DNA of 24,000 nucleotides from the NCBI GenBank assembly GCA_025451995.1, contig JANWJE010000060.1:1-24000 (forward strand), written 5' to 3'. Positions 1 through 7,965 of the stretch are shown one piece after another. Every line of letters starts with the position of its first letter. Within the stretch, counting starts at the first letter, position 1. Both the position numbers and the translations under genes were made by a program. The notes beneath the pieces were generated by a model that searched no databases, had not been told where the DNA came from, and saw only the letters and a program-made list of their open reading frames with translations. Source of the stretch: Parachlamydiaceae bacterium (GTDB lineage Bacteria > Chlamydiota > Chlamydiia > Chlamydiales > Parachlamydiaceae).

Positions 1-1212
1 GTTCATATCGATGTTATCGCGAGGTTCAGTGAAGCCCAAAGCTTCTCTTGCATCGCTCATAATAAAAAAGGTGCCGCAAATGACTAAGACCTCTCCTGCT
101 TGTTGTGCTTCTTCCTTCGCTTCTGTGATAGCTTGCGAAAGAGAAGGGTGGAGAAAGATGCGATTTTTTTGGACGCGTTGACTTAATCTTTCGCGCAATT
201 CAATTGGGGAGCACCCTCTTCCATTTTTTGTTTCGACAAGATGGAAAGCTCTTCCCTTTTTAGCTAAAAGATCGAGACAGCCCTCTAAGTCCTTGTTTTT
301 TGAAAGGCAAAACAAAAAGCGGATGGCTTGATTTGGGTAATCGTTGTCGAGCATGGCTATTAAATGCTTAATTCCATCGGGATTATGGGCAACATCTAAA
401 ATGATTGGAGAGTGTCCCGGCACTCTTTCAAATCGGCACGGTTGTTTTCTTTCTAATCCTTTAAGAATGGCTTGTGCATCGATGTGAAATCGTGTTGAAA
501 GATAGTCTAAAGAAGCTTTGGCGATCGATCGATTTTCCTCTTCGTATAAGGGAGTTTGATGTTTCACCTGTTGAATCGGGCTATTCATTTCTCTTGCAAT
601 TTCAAAGAAAATGTCTTTAGGAAGGTTAGGGCCGATAATGACTGGAACTTTGGCTTTGATTATCCCCCCCTTTTCTTTTGCGATAGCGTCGAGTGAGGGA
701 CCTAGGATCTCGATATGATCGAGGCTAATTGAAGTGATAATGGAGAGAATGGGGCTAACAACATTTGTCGCGTCGAGGCGGCCTCCCAAGCCAGTTTCTA
801 AAACAGCAATGTCCACATTCATTTGGCGAAAATATAAGAAACATAAGAAAGTGGTCAGTTCAAAAAAAGTGGCGGGGATTTTATTCTCTTCACAAATACG
901 AAATAAATAGTCTAGGAGATTCGTAACAGCCTTTTCGTCAATCATGCTTCCATTGATCTTAATTCTTTCTCTAAAGCATGAAATATGGGGCGAGGTATAA
1001 AGGCCCACCCGATATCCCGCATATTCACAAGCCGAGGCAATCTTTGTTGAAACGGATCCTTTGCCATTTGTGCCTGCGACATGGATAATAGAAAATGATC
1101 GGTCGGGAAAATCGAGAAGTTCTTGCAAGGCAAGGGCATTTTGCAGGCCAAGCTTGATCCCTCCAAATTGGTTCACATGAAATAATTTCTTAAGGAGTGT
1201 TTGGTAAATCAT
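1..1212 (-). CDS. folC: Dihydrofolate synthase / folylpolyglutamate synthase (FolC, Mur-ligase superfamily); 3' end runs off the window
   Basis: Absent from the ORF track because it has no in-window stop. Hand translation of the minus strand from ATG 1212..1210 gives 404 codons without a stop: MIYQTLLKKLFHVNQFGGIKLGLQNALALQELLDFPDRSFSIIHVAGTNGKGSVSTKIA...LETGLGGRLDATNVV...ILDVAHNPDG...LVICGTFFIM. HVAGTNGKGS (P-loop), GLGGRLDATN and DVAHNP are classic FolC motifs. The start overlaps the PHP gene by 23 nt. Track ORF 942..1166(-) is an out-of-frame artefact inside this gene. Confidence 0.88.
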   Translation of the reverse strand, partial: MIYQTLLKKLFHVNQFGGIKLGLQNALALQELLDFPDRSFSIIHVAGTNGKGSVSTKIASACEYAGYRVGLYTSPHISCFRERIKINGSMIDEKAVTNLLDYLFRICEENKIPATFFELTTFLCFLYFRQMNVDIAVLETGLGGRLDATNVVSPILSIITSISLDHIEILGPSLDAIAKEKGGIIKAKVPVIIGPNLPKDIFFEIAREMNSPIQQVKHQTPLYEEENRSIAKASLDYLSTRFHIDAQAILKGLERKQPCRFERVPGHSPIILDVAHNPDGIKHLIAMLDNDYPNQAIRFLFCLSKNKDLEGCLDLLAKKGRAFHLVETKNGRGCSPIELRERLSQRVQKNRIFLHPSLSQAITEAKEEAQQAGEVLVICGTFFIMSDAREALGFTEPRDNIDMN

Positions 1213-2035
1213 TATTTTTTCTAAAATGATCCATTAATCCATTGAAGGTTTGTTCATTGACCCATGAGCTTCCTAGCGGCTGTTCCGGTTTGATGTCTCC
1301 ATGGAAATCCGAGCCGCCTGTGATGATCCAATTTTTTTTGGCTGCTATTTTTAACCAGCGTTCATTTTTTGTCTGGGGAAACCGAGCATAATACCCTTCG
1401 ATCCCATCAAAATTCATCGAGAGGAGATCCCTTAAAATGTCAGATTTATCAATCAAGTGAGGGTGCGCAATGATTGCAAGACCATTGGCTTGATGGATCA
1501 CATCTAATGTTTCTTCCACACTAAAAGGAGATCCTGCGATATAGCACGGTTTCCCATCTCCAAGATAGTTTTGGAAGGCTTCTTGGATGCTTTTAACATA
1601 GCCTTTTTTCATCATTGCATAGGCTAAATGCGGCCTTCCAAGCGATTGGGGAGAAAAACTTTCGAAATCCTCACTAGTTAAAATCTTTCCCTTATCTGCT
1701 AAACGCTCAACCATTTTATAAAATCTTTCTGTGCGTCTTTGCTGATGTTGTTTGCAAAAATTTTTTAAGGCGGAGGATTGAAGAGAAAAGCTGTATCCTA
1801 AGATATGGACGCTGGTTTTTTTGTGAACCGAGGATAATTCTATCCCTGAAAGAAAATTAAATCCTTTTTCATTGGCATAAGGAATAGCCTCTTCGTAGGC
1901 AGCAAACGTGTCATGGTCTGTGATGGATAATCCATTTAACTGCAAATCGATTGCTAGATCGATAATCTTTTTAGGGGAAAAGGTGCCATCCGAACAGGTG
2001 GAATGGCAATGAAGATCTGCTCTAAATCTCTCCAT
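1190..2035 (-). CDS. PHP-domain metal-dependent phosphoesterase (TrpH/YciV-like)
   Basis: The N-terminus RADLHCHSTCSDG...SITDHDT is the PHP His/Asp metal-binding signature. Later IIAHPH and GGSDFHG motifs are also present. The gene overlaps murB by 14 nt and folC by 23 nt, consistent with an operon. Confidence 0.8.
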   Translation of the reverse strand: MERFRADLHCHSTCSDGTFSPKKIIDLAIDLQLNGLSITDHDTFAAYEEAIPYANEKGFNFLSGIELSSVHKKTSVHILGYSFSLQSSALKNFCKQHQQRRTERFYKMVERLADKGKILTSEDFESFSPQSLGRPHLAYAMMKKGYVKSIQEAFQNYLGDGKPCYIAGSPFSVEETLDVIHQANGLAIIAHPHLIDKSDILRDLLSMNFDGIEGYYARFPQTKNERWLKIAAKKNWIITGGSDFHGDIKPEQPLGSSWVNEQTFNGLMDHFRKNNDLPNTP

Positions 2036-2921
2036 GATAGGGGATTACCCTCACCTCATGAATCAAATCTATCCCTGTTTTTTCTTTCACTTGGGTGCGG
2101 ACATGTTCAATGAGATTAATAATATCATGGGATGTCGCATTTTCAGCGTTGATTAAAAAATTGGCATGAAGAGTTGACACTTCCGCTCCTCCTATTTTTT
2201 CCCCTTTAAGGCCGCTTTTTTCAATTAAAGCGCCGGCATGTCCACAGGAGGGGTTCCTAAAAACACATCCGGCAGATTTTGCATTATAAGGTTGTGTTTT
2301 TTTTCGATATTCAATGATTTCAAATTGTTTATTTCTGGCTTCTTTGTCTTCTATCAGTTTAAAAGCAGCCCCAACGATCGCCCCTTTTTTTTCTTGAAAA
2401 GAGGAAAAGCGATAGCCAAATTGCAGATCGGCTTTAGAAAGTGTCATTAAGTTTCCTTCATGATCGATAAAATCAACAGAAACTAAGCTTTCAGATGCTT
2501 CCTTGCCATTAGCTCCGGCATTCATATAAACCGCCCCGCCGACACTTCCCGGTATTCCTGAGGCGAATTCCAGCCCTGACCATCCTTGTCTTGCACTCTG
2601 CGTTCCAAGAAGAGAAAAACTATATCCGGCGCCTACATGCCAGCAGCCATTCTCTTTATTTATAAATTGAATGCGATTGGCAATGACCATCCCAAAAAAA
2701 CCGCGATCATCAAAAAGAAGATTTGACCCTTTACCCAATATAAAATAGGGGAGATTCTCCTTTTTAGAAAAAAGAATCGCCTCTTGCATCTCTTCAATGG
2801 TACACGCTTCTACAAAAAAAAGAGCCGGCCCACCGATTCCAAAAGTGGTCAATTCTTTTAAAGAGTGGTTCTTCTTAATGTTAATCGGCATGATATAATT
2901 TGTCGACAATTGCATTGACAA
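2022..2921 (-). CDS. murB: UDP-N-acetylenolpyruvoylglucosamine reductase (MurB)
   Basis: Motifs seen: TTFGIGGPA, ILGKGSNLLFDD, GIPGSVGGAVYMNAGANG, SAGCVFRNP, GGAEVSTLHANFLIN. The start is uncertain: track TTG at 2921, alternative ATGs at 2915 and 2891. None has a clear RBS, so translational coupling to nusB is likely. Confidence 0.9.
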   Translation of the reverse strand: MSMQLSTNYIMPINIKKNHSLKELTTFGIGGPALFFVEACTIEEMQEAILFSKKENLPYFILGKGSNLLFDDRGFFGMVIANRIQFINKENGCWHVGAGYSFSLLGTQSARQGWSGLEFASGIPGSVGGAVYMNAGANGKEASESLVSVDFIDHEGNLMTLSKADLQFGYRFSSFQEKKGAIVGAAFKLIEDKEARNKQFEIIEYRKKTQPYNAKSAGCVFRNPSCGHAGALIEKSGLKGEKIGGAEVSTLHANFLINAENATSHDIINLIEHVRTQVKEKTGIDLIHEVRVIPYHGEI

Positions 2922-3285
2922 AGGCAGCTGATTCTGGGGAACTAAATTTCCTTGAAAGCCGGATAGCTTCAGCGATGATCACTTTTGGGGGGACCTCTTT
3001 TTCAAATAGAAGTTCATAGATAGCTAATCTGAGGATCATTTTTGTGACCAATTGAATGCGTTCAATATCGTAACTCGTGGAAACTGAAGTGATTAAAGGG
3101 TCGATCTCCGAAGTTAAACCATCTATTTTTAAAACTTTATCGTATGCGAGTTTCACTTGACTTTTTGGAACTGAAAGCTCATTCATCATCAAGGGAATGA
3201 CAAGTTCTTCTCCAGGGTGAGCGACCTCTTGACTGTACAGCAGTTGTAAAACAATTTCTCTAAATTTTTGGTGGGATAAAGTCAT
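2881..3285 (-). CDS. nusB: Transcription antitermination factor NusB
   Basis: 134 aa. FREIVLQLLYSQE at the N-terminus and LAIYELLF...PPKVIIAEAIRLSRKFSSPESAAFVNAIVDKL at the C-terminus match the NusB pattern. Confidence 0.85.
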   Translation of the reverse strand: MTLSHQKFREIVLQLLYSQEVAHPGEELVIPLMMNELSVPKSQVKLAYDKVLKIDGLTSEIDPLITSVSTSYDIERIQLVTKMILRLAIYELLFEKEVPPKVIIAEAIRLSRKFSSPESAAFVNAIVDKLYHAD

Positions 3286-3318
3286 AGGTTTTCATTAAAT
3301 AAAAAAGCTGTGAAGATT

Positions 3319-3487
3319 ATATACTGCTTCCAGCTGAATCTTGGACTTTTGGGCTGCTTCAAAGCCCCGGGATTGAGAGATCGCAAGAGGCATTGTATTG
3401 GTTTAATACTATGCCTCTTGCGATCTCTCAACCGCGAGAGCTTTCAAGCTAGCCCAAAATTCCAATATTCAACTGGAAGCAGTATAT
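3319..3487. repeat. 169-nt near-perfect hairpin (palindromic) element, copy 1; MITE-like or structured-RNA element
   Basis: Left arm atatactgcttccagctgaat... pairs with right arm ...attcaactggaagcagtatat. The central perfect stem is gagagatcgcaagaggcat / atgcctcttgcgatctctc, around a small loop (ggttt). It is 159/169 identical, with no indels, to 4416..4584. Extra flanking pairing agctgtgaa (3306-3314) / ttcacagct (3504-3512) is seen in this copy only. Confidence 0.85.
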
Positions 3488-3531
3488 TCCATTGGGAATT
3501 TATTTCACAGCTTCTTGATCATCCTAATTGG

Positions 3532-3846
3532 CTAGAGGATGGCGAAAGCAATTACCGAAATGATGCCGATACCAATTCCCCCGGTCATTAATTTAACACC
3601 GGTTTCTGAAAGTTCATTTGCTCCGGAGCCCGGGTGTGTTAAGGGTGCCATAAAAAACGTATGGGCAGCGCCCACAACTACAGCGGCTGTTGCAGGGATT
3701 GTGCCTGCTACAGAGATGAGAAGAGCCACTTTTCTAAATTGAGTCGAACCAAAAGCTGCTTCTACCATTTTACTGGTTATCGCTGTGCCAATGATGAAAG
3801 CCGCTGAATAATTGACAAAATGACTACTTTGAGTAGGACTACACAT
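3532..3846 (-). CDS. Small Gly/Ala-rich integral membrane protein, unknown function
   Basis: Three hydrophobic segments: AAFIIGTAIT, VALLISVAGTIPATAAVVVGAA, LMTGGIGIGIISVIAFAIL. I moved the start to ATG 3846 (MCSPTQ...) because AAGGAG lies 8 nt upstream. The track start is GTG 3855. Confidence 0.55.
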   Translation of the reverse strand: MCSPTQSSHFVNYSAAFIIGTAITSKMVEAAFGSTQFRKVALLISVAGTIPATAAVVVGAAHTFFMAPLTHPGSGANELSETGVKLMTGGIGIGIISVIAFAIL

Positions 3847-3948
3847 TTTATACACTCCTTGTTGATTATGTAATTAAATAATAAATAAATTAAAATTGTA
3901 AATTTAAATTATTTTTTTTAAATTAAATAAAGTTAAATTTTTTGTTAA

Positions 3949-4356
3949 TTAACTGGTTATTGTAATTTCGTGCTTTTTTTTGAGATCTTTATGATAGATA
4001 TAAAGCCTTCTCAATCGGGATTGATCGTCAAATTGAAGGTTAAATTCCATCCAGCCTCTCTTAAAGCAATAAGAGAATAGGGAATTTTGTTTGAACTTTT
4101 CTTTTCTTTTTGCTGATTGAAAGATGTTTTCCGCTTGCTCTCTTGGCATGAAACGGCATAATTTGGCCGGCTTTTGTTGTGGATTGGTGAGGGATCCGAT
4201 CAATTCTTGAAAACTAAAAATGTTCTTTAAGGGAATTCCCAGATCGGATGCAACATCTTCTGGGAGAGAGACAGGATAACGCAATCGAGCAAATAGATAG
4301 ACAAGGGATTTAATATAATTCATAGAGACTGATGATAAATTCAGAATGCTAACCAA
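3949..4356 (-). CDS. Hypothetical protein (no family recognised)
   Basis: 135-aa ORF with coding-like composition (..PVSLPEDVASDLGIPL..RFMPREQAENIF..GWMEFNLQFDD..RLYIYH). The track start is TTG 4356; alternative ATG at 4323 (MNYIKS). No clear RBS for either. Confidence 0.5.
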   Translation of the reverse strand: MVSILNLSSVSMNYIKSLVYLFARLRYPVSLPEDVASDLGIPLKNIFSFQELIGSLTNPQQKPAKLCRFMPREQAENIFQSAKRKEKFKQNSLFSYCFKRGWMEFNLQFDDQSRLRRLYIYHKDLKKKHEITITS

Positions 4357-4415
4357 TTTATCTTAAAAAATCATTTGATAACAAGAAAAAATTGATTCCT
4401 AAATTTTTTTTTGAT

Positions 4416-4584
4416 ATATACTCCTTCCAGCTGAATCTTGGACTTTTGGGTTGCTTCAAAGCCCCGAGGTTGAGAGATCGCAATAGGCATTGTATTGATC
4501 TAATACTATGCCTCTTGCGATCTCTCAACCGCGGGAGCTTTCAAGCTAGCCCAAAATTCCAATATTCAACTGGAAGGAGTATGT
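4416..4584. repeat. 169-nt hairpin element, copy 2 (same orientation as copy 1)
   Basis: Aligned by eye to 3319..3487: 10 substitutions and no indels. It ends 12 nt before the ATG of the exonuclease gene. Confidence 0.85.
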
Positions 4585-4596
4585 GATTTCGAGGTT

Positions 4597-5193
4597 ATGC
4601 AAGCAATTTTTTTAGACACCGAGACGACCGGGTTAGACCCCACCATTCATAGGCTTTTAGAGATTGCCTTTAAAATCGTCGATATCCCATCAGGTTACGA
4701 GAAATTGACTTACCAAGCGGTTGTTAAGCAACCCAAAGAAGTTTGGGAGAAGCGCGATCCAGGAAGTGTTGAAGTCAACGGATTTACATGGGAAAAGGTA
4801 CAGGTAGGCAAAGAAGAATCAATCATTAGAGATGAAATCATTCAAATTTTTACTGATTTACAAATAGAAAGAAAATCTACAGTCTATATTTGTCAAAATC
4901 CAGCCTTTGATCGGAATTTCTTTTCACAATTGATCGATCTTCACACTCAAGAGAAAAACCATTGGCCCTATCATTGGCTGGATTTGGCCTCAATGTATTG
5001 GGCTTTGCAAGTCAAAAGGCATCGCGATTTACATGCTCCTTTCCCAAAAGAGCTCATTTTATCAAAAAATAGCATCGCACAACAATATGGCCTCCCCATT
5101 GAAACAAATCCCCATTCCGCTCTCAATGGGGTTGATCATCTATTATTATGTTATAAGGCAGCTATTGGCTTCGATTCTTTTTTGCAAAATTAG
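4597..5193 (+). CDS. DEDDh-type 3'-5' exonuclease (DnaQ/epsilon-like domain protein)
   Basis: FLDTETTGLDP (Exo I), ICQNPAFDRNF (Exo II) and HSALNGVDHLL (Exo III, His type). Confidence 0.8.
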   Translation: MQAIFLDTETTGLDPTIHRLLEIAFKIVDIPSGYEKLTYQAVVKQPKEVWEKRDPGSVEVNGFTWEKVQVGKEESIIRDEIIQIFTDLQIERKSTVYICQNPAFDRNFFSQLIDLHTQEKNHWPYHWLDLASMYWALQVKRHRDLHAPFPKELILSKNSIAQQYGLPIETNPHSALNGVDHLLLCYKAAIGFDSFLQN

Positions 5194-5766
5194 CAAGGAG
5201 GGAGAATCCTTTCGATTGACCCATTGGTGATGGCAGCAGCTCCATTCTTTGGGAGATAATTTAGAGATATAGGATAAAATCCGGGATTTTTCATTTGCAC
5301 CTTCTTCATGGCCTGGATAAAATGTCATACTGATCACGCCTCCTGGAATAATGAGATGTTCGCCCTTTTGAAGGCTTTGAAGGGTTGTTTCCGATTCTGT
5401 GGTCTTTTGTTTGTCTCCTCCAGGCAAATATCCTAAATTATATACAATTAATTTGATGCTTTCAGGTGAAATCTCTTCTGGAAAGGTTGAATGGCAATGT
5501 TTCTTTAAAAAAATATTCCTGTAAATTTCGGGAGATAGGTTAGCTTGCAAGTAATGTTTTGTGGTTTCAATAGCCTCCGCTTGAATATCAAATCCATATA
5601 CTTTACCCTTGTCAACCGATAAGCTCAATTGACATAATTTTAATGTGTCAAAACCCTTTCCACACGTAGCATCGATGACGCTATCTCCTATGTGGACAAT
5701 GTGAGACCAGTAGTGATGAGCTAAATCTAAATGAGATTGAAAAAGGGAAAATTTTGAACGTGTCAT
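5146..5766 (-). CDS. mnmM: YtqB/MnmM-family SAM-dependent methyltransferase (tRNA mnm5s2U34 methyltransferase family)
   Basis: VIDATCGKGFDT, VYGFDIQAEAIETT, NLGYLPGGDKQKTT and FYPGHEEG align with the Bacillus subtilis YtqB sequence as I recall it. The 3' end overlaps the convergent exonuclease gene by 48 nt. Confidence 0.78.
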   Translation of the reverse strand: MTRSKFSLFQSHLDLAHHYWSHIVHIGDSVIDATCGKGFDTLKLCQLSLSVDKGKVYGFDIQAEAIETTKHYLQANLSPEIYRNIFLKKHCHSTFPEEISPESIKLIVYNLGYLPGGDKQKTTESETTLQSLQKGEHLIIPGGVISMTFYPGHEEGANEKSRILSYISKLSPKEWSCCHHQWVNRKDSPSLLILQKRIEANSCLIT

Positions 5767-5774
5767 TAGACCTC

Positions 5775-5820
5775 TTGCATCATTCGCTTTGTTTGAGAAA
5801 AAGAAAAATTTTTGGATAGG
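5775..5820 (+). repeat. Copy A of a roughly 46-nt dispersed repeat (partner at 21319..21364); possible regulatory sequence in a 63-nt divergent promoter gap
   Basis: ttgcatcattcgctttgtttg is identical over 21 nt in both copies. It is followed by the similar agaaaaagaaaaatttttggatagg versus ctaaaatgagagattttttggatgg. Confidence 0.7.
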
Positions 5821-5829
5821 AGATGATTT

Positions 5830-7299
5830 ATGAAAACTAAAGAAGTATTAATCATAGGGGCTGGGATCGCCGGTTGTGCAGTAGGCTTAGCATTGGTGAA
5901 AAGAGGAATTTCAGTCACTGTTATCAACTCTCCTTTTGATCAAAGATTGTATCATTCATCTTTTATACAATATGATAAACTAGAAGAAAAAGTTAAAAAT
6001 TTACAAAAAGAAAAGCAAGAACAATTAAATTGCACACGAGCTTACGAGCAATTAATGGAGTTAGCTTCACAAAGTGTTGAAGAACTTTTAGATAAAAGCA
6101 ATCTTGTCGAACGGCATGGAAATATAGATATCCATCGCTCATTGCAAGAGCAATTACGAGAACATGCTAAATGTGAGTGGCTTTCCAATTATACGTTAAT
6201 CGAGCTTTTAACCTTGGATCAACATTCCCAAAAAAAAGTGGACCGCTACAAAAAACAGACGTGCATTGGCGCTGTCGTTTATAATCACACCACACAGCGC
6301 ATTGAAAATCTTTTAGCAAAAGAAATCATTTTAGCTACGGGGGGCGCTTCTTCACTTTTCCCTTATTCTACCCAACCTACAACTGCTTGTGGAAGTGGAA
6401 TCGCTATTGGCTACCGAGCAGGGGCTAGATTGCTTAATTTGGAACAAATCCAATTTCAACCCTTAGGACTTTATGGTAAAGATCGCCCGTGTCTTCCTCT
6501 TCCACTAGGTCTTCTTAACGCAGGGGGAAAAATTTTATCGACAAAATCAACGAGTTTAGAAATCGATTGCACCTCTCCTGTACATTTACTTCATCAACTC
6601 CATAGTCAACTCATACAAAACAATAGTGACCATCTCTGGCTCGATTTAACATTTCTCGATCATGAGGTTTTAAAAGATAAATTTCCCTCGTTAGATGCAA
6701 ATTGCCTTTCGTATGGATACAACATCGTTAAAGATCTCCTTCCCATTGTTCCGATTGCAGTTTATACTTGCGGTGGGATCGCCATTGATAAAGTCGCACA
6801 AACGTCAGTCCAAAGATTAAGAGCGATTGGCGAAGTCGCATGCTCCGGCCTGTTTTGGAATTCCCGAGAAGAAGCGATCAGTGTATTGGAGAGTTTAACT
6901 TGGGCTCTTGCTTGTGCGGAAGACATCGTTAAGCAATTAAATAGATTTATCTACTATTTCCCGGAAGTGAGAGATTTAACTGCTCACCTGAATACCTCTT
7001 GTTCAGTTTTGGAGGAGGATTGGAAAACGCTGCGCCAAATCATGTGGATGTATGTCGGCATTCAGCATGATCAATTGCATGTTGAAAGAGGGTGTTCTCT
7101 ACTGGACCAGCTTGCTTATCTTAATACCCCTCAAGATTACCCCTCTTGCTCCATTGAACAAATACAGCTCTATTATGCCATTCAAACAGCTCAGCTCATT
7201 GCACATGCCATCAAAAGCCAGCAGGGGAGCTCGTTTAGTCGAGCTCAACAACCCTTAGCTGCATTTCAAAAAAACCAGCAGGATGCGCTGAGGTTTTAA
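5830..7299 (+). CDS. FAD-dependent oxidoreductase, divergent L-aspartate oxidase (NadB)/fumarate reductase flavoprotein family
   Basis: Rossmann motif VLIIGAGIAGCAVG. ILATGGASSLFPYSTQPTTACGSGIAIGYRAGARLLNLEQIQFQP and PIVPIAVYTCGGIAID...AIGEVACSGL are collinear with E. coli NadB (VLATGGAS..TTNP..GDGIAMAWRAG..NLEFNQFHPT; PIVPAAHYTCGGV..AIGEVSYTGLHGANR). Confidence 0.72.
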   Translation: MKTKEVLIIGAGIAGCAVGLALVKRGISVTVINSPFDQRLYHSSFIQYDKLEEKVKNLQKEKQEQLNCTRAYEQLMELASQSVEELLDKSNLVERHGNIDIHRSLQEQLREHAKCEWLSNYTLIELLTLDQHSQKKVDRYKKQTCIGAVVYNHTTQRIENLLAKEIILATGGASSLFPYSTQPTTACGSGIAIGYRAGARLLNLEQIQFQPLGLYGKDRPCLPLPLGLLNAGGKILSTKSTSLEIDCTSPVHLLHQLHSQLIQNNSDHLWLDLTFLDHEVLKDKFPSLDANCLSYGYNIVKDLLPIVPIAVYTCGGIAIDKVAQTSVQRLRAIGEVACSGLFWNSREEAISVLESLTWALACAEDIVKQLNRFIYYFPEVRDLTAHLNTSCSVLEEDWKTLRQIMWMYVGIQHDQLHVERGCSLLDQLAYLNTPQDYPSCSIEQIQLYYAIQTAQLIAHAIKSQQGSSFSRAQQPLAAFQKNQQDALRF

Positions 7300-7464
7300 C
7301 CCAAATTCAGTGAATGGAGTGGTAAATAATGGATGCAAATCGCTGTGGATAATCAAGTTGTAGTGGCGAAGACAGACTTTGATAAGTCGGATTCGCCACT
7401 ACAACTTGATTAGCCGCTGCGCGATGCATTCAGGATTCGCCACTACATCACTGAACTTGGGTTA
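7297..7464. repeat. 168-nt imperfect palindrome filling the whole gap between two convergent genes (possible bidirectional terminator or MITE)
   Basis: Outer arms ttaacccaaattcagtga / tcactgaacttgggttaa match 17/18. The inner perfect 21-bp stem is taatcaagttgtagtggcgaa (7350-7370) / ttcgccactacaacttgatta (7392-7412), with a 21-nt loop. No sequence similarity to the 3319/4416 element. Confidence 0.75.
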
Positions 7465-7965
7465 ACGAAAGGTAAAGAGCATTTGAATGTGATGGGGGTA
7501 GCCTAAGATTTGACTGAATAGATGGGAAAGGTCCTGCTTGATTTTTTCAATGATTATCTTTTGGTCTTCAAAAGATACAGCCGGCAAACTCACTAAAATT
7601 TCCATCGCTTGTTTTTTAATTTTTAACTGATAGTCAACGATTTGATTAGGAAATTCCCTTTTGAAATAGTCATCCAAATACTGTTGGACAATTTTTGCAT
7701 CAATTGAAACAACATTTGAATCCAGCTTAATTTGAATAGAGCGCATCTTCAAGCGCCTATACGCTGAGATCATCATTATACATCCCATCAATGCTAAAAA
7801 GCCTCCAAAGATGAGCCAAAGGTATTGTTTTCCAAGCATCCATGTGTTTAAAAGATTTTGAAAAGCAGTCGAATAGGGGAGAATGAGGTGAATGAATCCC
7901 AAAAGTAAAAGAAAAAGCCCAAAGCAAAATGTTAGAAAAAGGGAGGATAATCTCCTAAAATTCAT
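7462..7965 (-). CDS. Membrane protein, AmaP-like (alkaline shock response membrane anchor) candidate
   Basis: Two N-terminal TM helices (LFLTFCFGLFLLLLGFIHLIL; LWLIFGGFLALMGCIMMISAY) followed by a soluble domain. It lies immediately downstream of the Asp23-family gene with an 11-nt overlap, as in Firmicute asp23 operons. The call rests on context and topology only. Confidence 0.5.
   Translation of the reverse strand: MNFRRLSSLFLTFCFGLFLLLLGFIHLILPYSTAFQNLLNTWMLGKQYLWLIFGGFLALMGCIMMISAYRRLKMRSIQIKLDSNVVSIDAKIVQQYLDDYFKREFPNQIVDYQLKIKKQAMEILVSLPAVSFEDQKIIIEKIKQDLSHLFSQILGYPHHIQMLFTFR

Noticed and set aside
942-1166. Track ORF, 74 aa, minus strand
   Set aside because: It lies inside folC in a different reading frame. 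The folC frame carries unmistakable Mur-ligase motifs and is open for 404 codons.
2238-2450. Track ORFs antisense within clearly assigned genes (2238..2450, 3539..3742, 8707..8932, 10684..11153, 14146..14391, 15057..15353, 16038..16223, 17331..17522, 19450..19641, 20569..20802, 21022..21243, 23516..23746, and also 5033..5230 and 7052..7258)
   Set aside because: They lie inside or antisense to longer ORFs with recognisable domains, and they are short with low-complexity or odd composition.
3310-3591. Track ORFs 3310..3591(+) and 4392..4586(+), which give similar peptides (FQLNLGLLGCFKAP..)
   Set aside because: Both are read-through of the 169-nt hairpin repeat. Their similarity reflects the DNA repeat, there is no RBS, and the first one runs antisense into a better-supported membrane-protein gene.
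3856-3948. Very AT-rich tracts (3856-3948 and 12131-12190) with similar aaattaa/ataaat strings upstream of two membrane-protein genes
   Set aside because: The similarity is low-complexity and not alignable with confidence. These are probably just AT-rich promoter regions.
3319-4584. CRISPR array or diversity-generating retroelement (TR/VR pair) as an explanation for the repeated 169-mers
   Set aside because: There are only two copies, each 169 nt long, internally palindromic and about 930 nt apart, which does not resemble CRISPR. The 10 differences are not adenine-specific, and no reverse transcriptase is nearby, so a DGR is unlikely.
5775-5803. Reading the repeated ttgcatcattcgctttgtttg as a sigma-70 promoter (TTGCAT as the -35 element)
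   Set aside because: No acceptable -10 hexamer lies at 16-19 nt spacing in either copy (aaaaag / aaaatg).
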